This document shows, piece by piece, positions 35,257-44,502 of a stretch of DNA of 44,546 bases. This DNA comes from an uncultured Eubacteriales bacterium (GTDB lineage Bacteria; Bacillota; Clostridia; Oscillospirales; QAKW01). Location: the NCBI GenBank assembly GCA_964428505.1, contig CAYRYQ010000005.1:1-44546 (forward strand), read 5' to 3'. Positions within the stretch are counted from its first letter, which is position 1; each line of letters begins with the position of its first letter. Below the pieces are notes generated by a model. The model was not told the origin of the DNA, searched no databases, and saw nothing but the letters and a program-made list of their open reading frames with translations. The translations under genes and the position numbers were made by a program.

Positions 35257-37104
35257 CTATTGAATTTTCTGCAGGGCTCTGGCCGCGTTGATAATCGCCA
35301 AAATCATCACGCCGACATCGGCAAAAACCGCAAACCACATATTGGCCAGCCCCAGGGCACCCAAAGCCAGCACCAAAGCCTTTACCCCCAGCGCAAATGT
35401 AATGTTTTCCTTCACAATCCGCATCGTTTTGCGGGCAATGCGCACGGCCAGCGCGATTTTGGAGGGCTGATCATCCATCAGCACCACATCTGCGGCCTCG
35501 ATGGCCGCGTCGCTCCCCATGGCGCCCATCGCGATGCCAAGATCCGCCCGGGAAAGCACCGGTGCGTCGTTGATGCCGTCACCCACAAAGGCAAGACTGC
35601 CGCCCTTGCGTTTTTGCTTCAACAGCCGCTCTACCGCGGCAACCTTCTGGTCGGGCAACAGCTCGGTGGCAATTTCGTCCAGCTCCAGCGCCTGCCCCAC
35701 CGCTTCCCCGACCCGGCGGATATCGCCGGTCAGCATCACGGTTTTCTCCACACCGGCTCTCTTCAGAGCGGCGATCGCCGCTTTGGCGTCTGGCTTCACT
35801 TCGTCGGCAATCACAATATGCCCGGCGTATTCCCCGTTGATCGCCACATGAATCACCGTTCCCACCTGATGACATTCATGCCACGCGGCACCGGCCTGAT
35901 CCATCAGCTTGCCGTTTCCGGCATAAACCGTTTTTCCATCAATCACCGCCCGGATCCCCCGGCCGGACAACTCCTCGGTTTCCGTAATCCGGCTCTGGTC
36001 GATATGCCCCCCGTGGGCCCGCACAATGGAGGCCGCGATCGGATGGGTGGAATAGCTTTCCGCCAGTGCCGCTATGTCCAGAAGTGCCTTTTCCGAAATT
36101 TTTTCAGGATGAACGGCAGTCACCGTGAAGGTGCCCTTTGTCAGCGTTCCGGTCTTGTCGAACACCACGGTACGGACCTTGGAAAGCACCTCCAGATAGT
36201 TGGCGCCTTTCACCAAAATTCCTTCCCGGGAAGCGCCGCCGATCCCGCCGAAAAAGGACAGCGGCACCGAAATCACCAGCGCACAGGGGCAGCTCACCAC
36301 CAGAAAGATCAGCGCCCGGTTGATCCAATCGCTCCAAGTGCCGCCAAAAAACAGCGGCGGCAACACTGCCAGCAGCAGCGCGCCGATCACCACGCACGGG
36401 GTGTAAACCCTGGCAAAGCGCGTAATAAAGTTTTCCGCCTTCGCTTTCTTCGCCGAAGCGTTTTCCACCAGATCCAGAATTTTGGAAACAGTGCTCTCCC
36501 CAAACAGACTGGTCACCCGTACCCGAATCACCCCATCCAGATTGACGGAGCCGCTCACCACGTTGTCCCCGGCGTTTTTTTCCTGCGGCAACGATTCCCC
36601 GGTCAGCGCGGCGGTGTCTATATTGGTTTTGCCGTCTGCAATCACCCCGTCCAGCGGCACCCTTTCTCCGGGCTTCACCAGAATCAGCTCCCCCACCTGC
36701 ACTTCGTCGGGGGATATCTTCTGCTCGACGCCATCCCGGATCACATTGGCATAGTCCGGCCGGATATCCATCAAGGCCGCGATCGAACGGCGGCTTTTTC
36801 CCACCGCAATGCTTTGGAACAGCTCGCCCACCTGATAAAACAGCATCACCGCCACTGCCTCCGGATATTCCCGGATTCCAAAGGCCCCCACGGTGGCCAG
36901 GGCCATCAGAAAGCTTTCATCAAACCATTCCCCATGAAAAATCCCGCGCACCGCGTTCCAAATCACATCATAGCCCACCAGCAAATAGGGCACCAGAAAA
37001 ATAGGCAGCCGGGCAATTCCCCTGACCGGCAGAAGCACCGCCGCCGCAAACAGGATCCCTGCCGCGATCAGTCGGTACAGATTGCGTTTCTGCTTTTTGT
37101 TCAT
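35257..37104 (-). CDS. P1B-type heavy-metal (Zn/Cd/Pb-class) translocating ATPase, lacking a fused HMA domain
   Basis: SCPCALVISVP (CPC), DKTGTLT, STHPIA, GDGINDAP, and FADVG in the last TM region. 615 aa. Confidence 0.9.
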   Translation of the reverse strand: MNKKQKRNLYRLIAAGILFAAAVLLPVRGIARLPIFLVPYLLVGYDVIWNAVRGIFHGEWFDESFLMALATVGAFGIREYPEAVAVMLFYQVGELFQSIAVGKSRRSIAALMDIRPDYANVIRDGVEQKISPDEVQVGELILVKPGERVPLDGVIADGKTNIDTAALTGESLPQEKNAGDNVVSGSVNLDGVIRVRVTSLFGESTVSKILDLVENASAKKAKAENFITRFARVYTPCVVIGALLLAVLPPLFFGGTWSDWINRALIFLVVSCPCALVISVPLSFFGGIGGASREGILVKGANYLEVLSKVRTVVFDKTGTLTKGTFTVTAVHPEKISEKALLDIAALAESYSTHPIAASIVRAHGGHIDQSRITETEELSGRGIRAVIDGKTVYAGNGKLMDQAGAAWHECHQVGTVIHVAINGEYAGHIVIADEVKPDAKAAIAALKRAGVEKTVMLTGDIRRVGEAVGQALELDEIATELLPDQKVAAVERLLKQKRKGGSLAFVGDGINDAPVLSRADLGIAMGAMGSDAAIEAADVVLMDDQPSKIALAVRIARKTMRIVKENITFALGVKALVLALGALGLANMWFAVFADVGVMILAIINAARALQKIQ

Positions 37105-37122
37105 CCTTCACCGCCTCTTTCG

Positions 37123-37341
37123 CTAAAAAATAATTTCACAGTCCGGTTCGATTTTTTTGCAGGCCCGGACAATCTGCTTGAGGATCTGATCCGCACCCTG
37201 ATCTTCTAGCTCCACAGCGACCTTTTGGGTCAGGAAATTCACCGTGGCGCTGCTCACGCCCTCAACCCTTCGGATCGCGTCCTCCATTTTTGCCGCGCAA
37301 TGGGCACAGTCCAGCTCTTCCACACGAAATACCTTCTTCAT
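37123..37341 (-). CDS. Stand-alone heavy-metal-associated (HMA) domain protein / metallochaperone
   Basis: MKKVFRVEELDCAHCAAKMEDAIRRVEGV... (CxxC ferredoxin-like fold). Trimmed from track ORF 37123-37614. Confidence 0.75.
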   Translation of the reverse strand: MKKVFRVEELDCAHCAAKMEDAIRRVEGVSSATVNFLTQKVAVELEDQGADQILKQIVRACKKIEPDCEIIF

Positions 37342-37691
37342 TTGCTTCTCTCCTCTGTTAAATGATCGAAACCCTGCCCGATGATCAATCGCACATGGTC
37401 GTCTGCCAACGCATAAAAAACCGTTTTTCCTTCCCTGCGGGAGCGCACCAGCTTTGCCCCGCGCAGCACCCTCAGCTGATGGGAGATCGCCGATTGCGTC
37501 ATTCCCAACAGCTCCGCAATCGCACAAACGCACAATTCCGATTCCAACAGCACGTAAAGGATTTTGATGCGCGTGGTGTCCCCGAAGACCTTGAACAAAT
37601 CGCTGAGATCGCAAAGCAGCTCATCGGCCGGAATGTCTTGCCTGAGCGCGGCGACAAGCGCGTCGTGATTATGACGATGCCGGGATTCCAT
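37338..37691 (-). CDS. ArsR/SmtB-family metalloregulator (CadC/CzrA-like)
   Basis: ELCVCAIAELLGMTQSAISHQLRVLRGAKLVRSRREGKTVFYAL. The start at 37691 (MESRHRH) is preferred because GGGGG lies 7 nt upstream. The 37709 ATG would fall within about 10 nt of the predicted transcription start. Confidence 0.8.
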   Translation of the reverse strand: MESRHRHNHDALVAALRQDIPADELLCDLSDLFKVFGDTTRIKILYVLLESELCVCAIAELLGMTQSAISHQLRVLRGAKLVRSRREGKTVFYALADDHVRLIIGQGFDHLTEERSK

Positions 37692-37703
37692 ATATGAGCC
37701 CCC

Positions 37704-37754
37704 ATTCATATGAATATTTGCTCATATAATAATCCTTTTCAATCCATTTGTCAA
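37704..37754 (-). promoter_or_regulatory. Promoter plus ArsR-type operator of the metal-efflux operon
   Basis: Reverse strand: TTGACA (37754-37749), 17-nt spacer, TATTAT (37731-37726), then TTATATGAGCAAATATTCATATGAA. That is an imperfect 12-2-12-style inverted repeat containing the perfect palindrome ATTCATATGAAT (37704-37715), and it resembles CzrA/CadC operators as I recall them. Confidence 0.5.
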
Positions 37755-37769
37755 CCCTTTATTAAAAAG

Positions 37770-37798
37770 TTGAAAAAAACGTTCCTCCATGCTATACT
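37770..37798 (+). promoter_or_regulatory. Divergent sigma-A promoter for the putative glycoside hydrolase gene
   Basis: TTGAAA (37770-37775), 17-nt spacer, TATACT (37793-37798). Confidence 0.5.
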
Positions 37799-37835
37799 GC
37801 ATTTAATAACAAATATGCAAAAGGAGCTGTTTTCC

Positions 37836-40346
37836 ATGACTGCTTTTTCATTGCCGGACCTGACCGATCAAACCGCGGAATATACCCATCTGCCCACCCG
37901 CCAGCAGCTGTTTCTCTGGCGCAACTGGGAAATGGTGGCGCCGGAACGGCTGGCGAAAGTGCTCGGCTGCCAAACGGAGCAGGTGCTGGAGCTGGCGCGT
38001 CTTTCCGGGCTGCCCACCCCGCCGCGTCTTAACCCTCTGTACCAAAGCCGCGGGTATATCACGCTGATCCGCAACAACTGGCACCTGCTACCCTACCGGC
38101 AGCTGACCATGCTTTTGGGGATCTCTGCAGAGGAGCTGGCGTTTCGATTAAAAGAAGATGATTTCCTGGCGGTGAAGCTTTGGAAAAAGCCAAATGTGGC
38201 GCCGCTCTATTATCGAGAGCTGACCGCAGAAGAGCGGCAGGCGAGCTTGGAAATCCAGCGTCTTTCCCGCCGCTTTTTTGCAAAAAGGCTTCAAAATGCC
38301 ACCGCCCGTTCATTTGATTTTTCAGATCATTATCCGGCCCGGTGCATCGCCCCCACGCCCCGTCCGGCGCTGCCGGTGGCCCTTAGCGAAGACTGGCGGG
38401 TGGACTGCAGGGGGCAAAGCGTGGCGGTGCGCCGCTATGCCGCGGATTTTCGGCGACAGCTAAAAGAGGCCTTTGGTCTTTCGCTGCACGGAACGCATCA
38501 CGCCGTCACGCTTCGGGTAACGCCGGATCCGCACGCAAAACCGGAAAGCCATACCATTGTGATTTCCGAAGAGGCAATCAGGATCACGGCGGCGGACGAT
38601 ACCGGTATTTTAAGAGCGTTGACCTTTTTGTTGGAAGAGGCGGCGCAAAACGGCGCACCGGCCTACCGGCAGGGGGAGCACCGGCGCGCTCCCCGCTTTC
38701 ACTCCCGGATTCTTTATTCCTATCAGGCGCTGTTTGGCGACGCGCTGCTGGACGGGGCAAAAAGCTCTTATCCCGATTCTCTGCTCCGGCAGTATGCCGC
38801 TCTTGGCATCAACGGAATCTGGCTGCATGCCGTGCTGTATCAGCTGGTGCCCTTCGCGCCGGAGCCCGCTCTGTCTGCCGGTTGGGAGCGGCGGCAGGAA
38901 GGGCTTCGGGATCTGATCGCCCGGGCCGCGCGTTACGGCATCGGCGTATACTTATACCTCAATGAGCCGCGCTGCATGCCCCGCTCTTTTTTTGAAACGC
39001 ATCCGGAGATGCTGGGCTATTACGAAAAGGAGACCGGCACCCTCTGCACGGAAGCCCCGGCGGTGCGGCGGCTGCTATACGAAAATGTGCGGAATCTTTG
39101 CGCGTCGGCGCCGGGCCTGCGGGGTTTTTTCACGATCACCGCGTCGGAGAACCTGACCAATTGCTATTCCCACATGCCGGAAACCCCCTGCCCCCGCTGC
39201 GCTTTGAAAACGCCCACGCAGGTGATCGGTGCGCTCAATACCCTGCTGGCAAGCGCCGCCCATTCGGTGGATCCCTCCATGGAATGCATCGCCTGGAACT
39301 GGGCCTGGGACAAAGGAAACATCGACTGGCCGCAAATGACAAAGCTTCTCCGGAAGGAACAGATGCCGCTTTTATGCACCAGTGAGGAGGGCGTGCAAAA
39401 AAACATCGGCGGCGTAACCACCGCGGTGGTGGATTATGCACTGTCGATGCCGGGACCCGGCTCCTATGCGAAAAAAATCTGGAAAATTGCCCAAAAAGAC
39501 GGCGTTGCGGCCTATGCGAAAATCCAGTGCAACAACAGCTGGGAATGCTCTGCCGTGCCGTATCTTCCGCTTTCCGGCCTGGTAGAGGGGCATCTTCAGC
39601 GGCTTGAGCGGGCTGGCGTGGAAGGGCTGCTGCTCAGTTGGTCGCTGGGCGGGTATCCGTCGATGACCTTAGGCCTTGCCGCAAAGCACTATTTTTCAGA
39701 CAGCCAGCCGGTTTCCGACTATTATCTGCGGTTTGGCCCTGCGTCGGACGCGGTGCATGCCGCCGTCACAGCCTTCGGCCGGGCCATGGGCGCCTTTCCC
39801 TTTCATCTGCGCACGCTCTACCGTGGCCCCCAGCAGCTGGGGCCGGCGAATTTGTGGTTTGCAGCGCCATCCGGCCTTCTTGCCACGATGACCGGCTTCC
39901 CCTATGACGATCTGGAGCATTGGCGGGGCCCCTTCCCGGAGGAAGTGCTGGAGCAGCAGTTCCGCAAGCTCTCCCGGGGCTTTCGCCGGGCCTTTAACCG
40001 CCTTGCGCGCGCTCTGCCGGCCGCGCCCCTTTTGGCACTGCAGGAGCTTTCAGACGTCAGCCAAAGCGCAACGCTGATCTATGAAAGCGTCTGGCGGCAA
40101 ATCCGGTTTATCCGGCTCCGGAACGCGTATCTTGCCGCGGAATCCGAAAGCCGCGCCGTTCTCCGGCGGTCGATCCTGCGCCTGATCCGCCAAGAGGAGC
40201 AGGGCGCGCTTTGCCTGCTGGATCTTGTGCTGCGCAACTCCGCCATCGGCTTTGAAGCCGCCAACCATTACTTTTTCAACCGCTACAGCCTGATGGAAAA
40301 GGTGCTGAACTGCCGGGATCTGCAGGCGCGATTCAGCGCGGAATAA
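37836..40346 (+). CDS. Large cytoplasmic protein, putative glycoside hydrolase (GH20b/GH67N-like N-domain followed by a TIM-barrel-like region)
   Basis: Start MTAFSLPDL, preceded by AAGGAG. AVTLRVTPDPHAKPESHTIVISEEAIRITAADDTGILRALTFLLE resembles the N-domains of GH20/67/115. GINGIWLH...GVYLYLNEP...FFTITASEN looks like barrel strands. No signal peptide. Family assignment is from memory only. Confidence 0.3.
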   Translation: MTAFSLPDLTDQTAEYTHLPTRQQLFLWRNWEMVAPERLAKVLGCQTEQVLELARLSGLPTPPRLNPLYQSRGYITLIRNNWHLLPYRQLTMLLGISAEELAFRLKEDDFLAVKLWKKPNVAPLYYRELTAEERQASLEIQRLSRRFFAKRLQNATARSFDFSDHYPARCIAPTPRPALPVALSEDWRVDCRGQSVAVRRYAADFRRQLKEAFGLSLHGTHHAVTLRVTPDPHAKPESHTIVISEEAIRITAADDTGILRALTFLLEEAAQNGAPAYRQGEHRRAPRFHSRILYSYQALFGDALLDGAKSSYPDSLLRQYAALGINGIWLHAVLYQLVPFAPEPALSAGWERRQEGLRDLIARAARYGIGVYLYLNEPRCMPRSFFETHPEMLGYYEKETGTLCTEAPAVRRLLYENVRNLCASAPGLRGFFTITASENLTNCYSHMPETPCPRCALKTPTQVIGALNTLLASAAHSVDPSMECIAWNWAWDKGNIDWPQMTKLLRKEQMPLLCTSEEGVQKNIGGVTTAVVDYALSMPGPGSYAKKIWKIAQKDGVAAYAKIQCNNSWECSAVPYLPLSGLVEGHLQRLERAGVEGLLLSWSLGGYPSMTLGLAAKHYFSDSQPVSDYYLRFGPASDAVHAAVTAFGRAMGAFPFHLRTLYRGPQQLGPANLWFAAPSGLLATMTGFPYDDLEHWRGPFPEEVLEQQFRKLSRGFRRAFNRLARALPAAPLLALQELSDVSQSATLIYESVWRQIRFIRLRNAYLAAESESRAVLRRSILRLIRQEEQGALCLLDLVLRNSAIGFEAANHYFFNRYSLMEKVLNCRDLQARFSAE

Positions 40347-40377
40347 CCCCGATCGGCCGATGAGCTCCGAAAGTGCT

Positions 40378-40406
40378 TGATTTTTAAAGGAAGCTATGCT
40401 AAAATG
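40378..40406 (+). promoter_or_regulatory. Promoter of the ileS T-box leader
   Basis: TTGATT (40378-40383), 17-nt spacer, TAAAAT (40401-40406). Confidence 0.55.
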
Positions 40407-40412
40407 AAAACG

Positions 40413-40672
40413 TTTAAAGATGTTGACGGAGAAAAGTAAGCGTTGTATGCCGCCAAAGCGAGCCGGGAAGGGTGAGAGCCCGGCGGTCAGGCTGCGATGC
40501 TGAAGATCACTCCCGAGTCGAGGGCTAAACGCACCGGGAAAGGGGTCAGTAAGCTTCTCCGCCGGGTCCCCCGCGTTATTGGGGCCGCAGATGGTGGTCT
40601 GCTGCAAATGGTGGTTGTGAGAGTCGTTTTATGCCCTCATCCTGTTTTGCGGGATGAGGGCGTTATTTTTTT
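40413..40672 (+). ncRNA. T-box riboswitch leader, Ile specifier (AUC)
   Basis: Stem I elements: GGAGAAAAGTA on the 5' side and GGTGAGAG in the distal region. Specifier loop GAAG-ATC-A closes on CTCC, which pairs with GGAG. T-box-like AAATGGTGGTTG. Terminator GCCCTCATCC ... GGGATGAGGGC plus T-run (40633-40672). ileS lies directly downstream. Confidence 0.75.
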
Positions 40673-40685
40673 ATAAAGGAGTTGG

Positions 40686-43600
40686 ATGCGCTTGTATCGG
40701 AATGTTTCCCCCAATGTGAATTTTGTGGAGGAAGAAAAGAAAATCGAACAGTTCTGGGAGAAGGAGCAAATTTTTGAAAAGAGCGTGGAAAGCCGCGCCA
40801 AGGGCACGCCCTACGTATTTTATGACGGACCGCCCACAGCCAACGGCAAACCGCATATCGGGCATGTGCTGACCCGCGTGATCAAGGATCTCATTCCCCG
40901 CTACCGCACCATGAAGGGCTATATGGTTCCCCGCAAGGCCGGATGGGATACCCACGGACTGCCGGTGGAGCTGGAAGTGGAGAAAAAGCTGGGGCTGGAC
41001 GGAAAAGAGCAGATCGAAGAATATGGGCTCACCCCCTTTATTGCCCACTGCAAGGAAAGCGTTTGGAAATACAAGGGCATGTGGGAGGATTTTTCCCGCA
41101 CCGTGGGTTTCTGGGCGGATATGGAGCATCCGTATGTGACCTACGACAACGATTTTATCGAATCGGAATGGTGGGCGCTGAAAAAAATCTTTGAAAAAAA
41201 GCTGCTTTATAAGGGCTTCAAGATCGTGCCCTATTGCCCCCGTTGCGGCACCCCGCTTTCCTCCCATGAGGTGGCGCAGGGGTATAAGGCCGTGAAGGAG
41301 CGCAGTGCGGTGGTGCGCTTTAAGGTTGTAGGCGAAGACGCCTATTTTCTGGCCTGGACCACCACCCCCTGGACCCTGCCCAGCAATCTGGCCCTCTGCG
41401 TAAATCCGGAGGAGGCCTATTGCAAGGTGCAGGCGGCGGATGGATATACCTATTATCTGGCCGAGGCGCTGCTGGACCGGGTGCTTGGCAAACTGGCCCA
41501 TGAGGGCGCGCCCGCCTATACGATTCTTGCCCGCATGGAAGGAACTGCACTGGAATATAAAGCGTACGAACCGCTGTTCCCCTATGTGAAGCCTCTTTGC
41601 GAGAAGCAGAACAAAAAAGCCTATTATGTTACCTGCGACCGCTATGTTACCATGACCGACGGCACCGGCATCGTGCACATCGCACCGGCTTTCGGCGAAG
41701 ACGACGCCAATGTGGGGCGGCGATATGATCTGCCCTTTATTCAGCTGGTGGACGGAAAGGGCAACCTCACAGAACCCACACCTTACGCAGGCATTTTTGT
41801 GAAAAAGGCGGATCCGCTGGTGCTCTCGGATCTCGACAAGGCGGGCCTGCTGTTTGACGCGCCCAAATTTGAACACGACTATCCCTTCTGCTGGCGCTGC
41901 GATACGCCGCTGCTCTATTATGCCAGAGAATCCTGGTTTATCAAAATGACCGCGGTGCGGGAGGATCTGATCCGCAACAACAACACGATCCACTGGATTC
42001 CGGAAAGCATCGGCAAGGGCCGCTTCGGTGACTGGCTGGAAAATGTGCAGGACTGGGGCCTTTCCCGCAACCGGTATTGGGGAACGCCGCTGAATATCTG
42101 GCAATGCGACTGCGGGCATCTGCACGCGGTCGGCAGTATCGAGGAGCTGAAGGGCCTCTCTTCCAACTGCCCCGAAAACATCGAGCTGCATCGCCCGTTC
42201 ATCGATGCGGTCACCATCCGCTGCCCCCATTGCGGCAAAGAAATGCACCGGGTGCCGGAAGTGATCGACTGCTGGTTTGATTCCGGCTCCATGCCCTTTG
42301 CCCAGCATCATTATCCCTTTGAAAACAAAGCGCTGTTTGAGTCCCAGTTTCCGGCCGACTTTATTTCGGAAGCGGTGGATCAGACCCGGGGCTGGTTCTA
42401 TTCCCTGCTGGCAATCTCCACCCTGATTTTCAATCAGGCCCCCTACCGGAACGTGATCGTTCTGGGGCATGTGCAGGATGAAAACGGCCAGAAAATGTCG
42501 AAGTCCAAAGGCAATGCAGTGGATCCCTTCGAGGCGCTGGAAAGCTATGGGGCCGACGCGATCCGCTGGTATTTCTATACCAATTCCGCTCCCTGGCTGC
42601 CCAACCGTTTTCATGGCAAGGCCGTGCTGGAAGGGCAGCGCAAATTCATGGGCACCCTCTGGAACACCTATGCTTTTTATGTGCTCTATGCCAATATCGA
42701 CCAATTTGATCCCACGAAATATACGCCGGAACAAGGCGCGCCCACGGTGATGGACCGCTGGATTCTTTCCAAGATGAATACCATGGTCCGGCTGGTGGAT
42801 CAGAACCTCAACGATTATCGGATTCCGGAGGCGGGCCGGGCACTGGAGGAATTTGTGGACGACCTCAGCAACTGGTATGTCCGCCGGGGCCGGGAGCGCT
42901 ATTGGGTGCCTGCCATGACTGCGGATAAAATCGCAGCCTATCAGACCCTTTACACCGCACTGGTGACCACCGCCAAGGCAGCGGCGCCGATGATTCCGTT
43001 TTTAGCGGAAAACATTTATCAGAATCTGGTGCGCAGTATCGACCCAAGCGCACCGGAAAGTATCCACCTATGCGATTTTCCGGCGGTAGAAGAAGCGCAG
43101 ATTGATCCCGCGCTGGAGCAATCGATGGAGCGAGTGCTCAACATCGTGGTGCTGGGCCGTGCCGCCCGCAACGGCTCCGGCCTTAAAAACCGGCAGCCGC
43201 TCTCTTGCATGTTTGTGGAAAGCCGGGAGCCGCTGGCGCCTGAATTCATTGCGATTATCCAAGACGAGCTGAATGTGAAGGACGTGCTGTTTCAGGAAAG
43301 CCTAGGTAGCTTTATCTCCTATGAATTTAAACCCCAGCTCAAAACCGTCGGGCCGAAATTCGGCCGTCAGCTGGGCGAGATCAAAGCGGCGCTCGCCGCT
43401 TTGGACGGTGAAAAGGCCAAGCAGGAGCTGGATCAGGACGGCTCTCTCCTTCTAAAGCTTCCTTCCGGAAATGTGACACTGCTGCCGGAAGATCTGCTGA
43501 TCAGCATCGCCCAGAAGGAAGGCTTCTATACCGTGAAAGACAAGGGCTATGCCGTTGCGCTGGATACCACACTGAGCGAAGAGCTGATCCGGGAAGGGCT

Positions 43601-43844
43601 GATCCGGGAGATCATCTCCAAAGTGCAGACCATGCGGAAGGAATCAGGCTTTGAGGTCATGGATCATATCCGCCTTTATGTCAGCGGCAATCCCCGCCTG
43701 CTGGCCCTGTTAAAGGAAGCCTTTCCGGAAGTATCCAAGAACACACTGGCTGACAGCCTCCTTGAAGATCAGAAAGCGCCCCAGTTCTCCAAAGAATGGG
43801 ATATTAACGGGGAAACGGTCACCTTAGGCGTGGAAAAAATCTGA
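40686..43844 (+). CDS. ileS: Isoleucine--tRNA ligase, type 2 (eukaryote-like)
   Basis: 1052 aa. YDGPPTANGKPHIGH, KMSKSKGN, CP1 editing region. Type-2 style N-terminus and length. Confidence 0.95.
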   Translation: MRLYRNVSPNVNFVEEEKKIEQFWEKEQIFEKSVESRAKGTPYVFYDGPPTANGKPHIGHVLTRVIKDLIPRYRTMKGYMVPRKAGWDTHGLPVELEVEKKLGLDGKEQIEEYGLTPFIAHCKESVWKYKGMWEDFSRTVGFWADMEHPYVTYDNDFIESEWWALKKIFEKKLLYKGFKIVPYCPRCGTPLSSHEVAQGYKAVKERSAVVRFKVVGEDAYFLAWTTTPWTLPSNLALCVNPEEAYCKVQAADGYTYYLAEALLDRVLGKLAHEGAPAYTILARMEGTALEYKAYEPLFPYVKPLCEKQNKKAYYVTCDRYVTMTDGTGIVHIAPAFGEDDANVGRRYDLPFIQLVDGKGNLTEPTPYAGIFVKKADPLVLSDLDKAGLLFDAPKFEHDYPFCWRCDTPLLYYARESWFIKMTAVREDLIRNNNTIHWIPESIGKGRFGDWLENVQDWGLSRNRYWGTPLNIWQCDCGHLHAVGSIEELKGLSSNCPENIELHRPFIDAVTIRCPHCGKEMHRVPEVIDCWFDSGSMPFAQHHYPFENKALFESQFPADFISEAVDQTRGWFYSLLAISTLIFNQAPYRNVIVLGHVQDENGQKMSKSKGNAVDPFEALESYGADAIRWYFYTNSAPWLPNRFHGKAVLEGQRKFMGTLWNTYAFYVLYANIDQFDPTKYTPEQGAPTVMDRWILSKMNTMVRLVDQNLNDYRIPEAGRALEEFVDDLSNWYVRRGRERYWVPAMTADKIAAYQTLYTALVTTAKAAAPMIPFLAENIYQNLVRSIDPSAPESIHLCDFPAVEEAQIDPALEQSMERVLNIVVLGRAARNGSGLKNRQPLSCMFVESREPLAPEFIAIIQDELNVKDVLFQESLGSFISYEFKPQLKTVGPKFGRQLGEIKAALAALDGEKAKQELDQDGSLLLKLPSGNVTLLPEDLLISIAQKEGFYTVKDKGYAVALDTTLSEELIREGLIREIISKVQTMRKESGFEVMDHIRLYVSGNPRLLALLKEAFPEVSKNTLADSLLEDQKAPQFSKEWDINGETVTLGVEKI

Positions 43845-43872
43845 ACGGCAAAACAGTGAACGGGGCTCCCGC

Positions 43873-43896
43873 AAGAAAGCGGGGCCCCGCTTTCTT
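43873..43896 (+). terminator. Hairpin downstream of ileS
   Basis: AAGAAAGCGGGG/CCCCGCTTTCTT, a perfect 24-nt palindrome. The U-tract is weak (CTTTCTTTG). Confidence 0.5.
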
Positions 43897-44000
43897 TGAT
43901 CGGCGCGCCACAGGCTCTTCTGCCCGCCCTCAAACAAATGCAGTTGCTTTTGAAAACCAATCATGCTATACTGATAAAAAAACGGGAGGCCATTCTTTTA

Positions 44001-44222
44001 ATGTATATTTTATCTTTATCCGAAGTCATTGCGCTGAAAGGCGCGGTGAAAGACGCTTTTTCAGCGGAAATCCATTTTTGCGACCGCTGCGGCGGGCAAA
44101 CCTTCGAGCTGGAGAAGGCCGACCCAGCCCTAAAGGAATTCATCTGCCGCTATCTGGAGCAGCAGAACCTGATCGCCAACTTTTCCGCAGACGGGCTTCA
44201 TTTTTATGCTTCACGCAAATAA
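44001..44222 (+). CDS. Small hypothetical protein (73 aa)
   Basis: MYILSLSEVIALKGAVKDAFSAEIHFCDRCGGQTFELEK... GGGAGG lies 11 nt upstream. Possible promoter TTGCTT, 17-nt spacer, TATACT (43944-43972). Confidence 0.45.
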   Translation: MYILSLSEVIALKGAVKDAFSAEIHFCDRCGGQTFELEKADPALKEFICRYLEQQNLIANFSADGLHFYASRK

Positions 44223-44387
44223 TTACACATTATAATTGCCAAGCGCCGCAGCCAATCTGCCCTCTTTTTTGCTTTTCGGCGCTCAGGCGGCGAGGGCGCG
44301 CTGCTTCCAGCAGGCCTATAAAAAGGAAGGTCCCGCGCATAACGCGCCCGGGCAGGTCGCAAGAAAGAGCGGCCTGCGAAGTTTTTG

Positions 44388-44416
44388 TTGCATTTTCCCA
44401 GAAACCGTGGTATACT
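44388..44416 (+). promoter_or_regulatory. Extended -10 sigma-A promoter for a gene beyond the right edge
   Basis: TTGCAT (44388-44393), 17-nt spacer ending TGG, TATACT (44411-44416). GGAGG sits at the last bases of the window. Confidence 0.5.
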
Positions 44417-44448
44417 ATTTTTTGTATTCTAAATGCTGCATTGTCTCA

Positions 44449-44502
44449 CATGATTTTTGTAAGGGATGGTTCGTTTATTGCTTACAGGGTCATGTTTTTT
44501 TT
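44449..44502 (+). terminator. Leader hairpin plus T8 (candidate attenuator or riboswitch expression platform)
   Basis: CATGA-tttt-TGTAAG ... CTTACA-ggg-TCATG followed by TTTTTTTT. Lies between the promoter and the downstream RBS. Confidence 0.4.

Noticed and set aside
35158-37209. 683-aa ORF on the plus strand
   Set aside because: It is antisense to the P1B-ATPase gene. The translation is low-complexity and rich in Arg, His, Gly and Pro. It would start in the AT-rich Rhs promoter spacer without an RBS.
37123-37614. 163-aa ORF overlapping the ArsR gene
   Set aside because: Only the last 72 codons, from MKKVFRVEELDCAHCA, look like a real HMA protein. The upstream part is an out-of-frame overlap with the ArsR-family gene.
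37710-37835. Upstream extension of the 878-aa ORF (start at 37710)
   Set aside because: The extension would begin inside the divergent ArsR promoter/operator and run across the TTGAAA/TATACT promoter. An AAGGAG RBS precedes the ATG at 37836.
40671-42734. 687-aa ORF on the minus strand
   Set aside because: It is fully antisense to ileS, whose product has unmistakable IleRS motifs. Long stop-free antisense frames are expected in high-GC coding DNA, and this one has no RBS or recognisable motifs.
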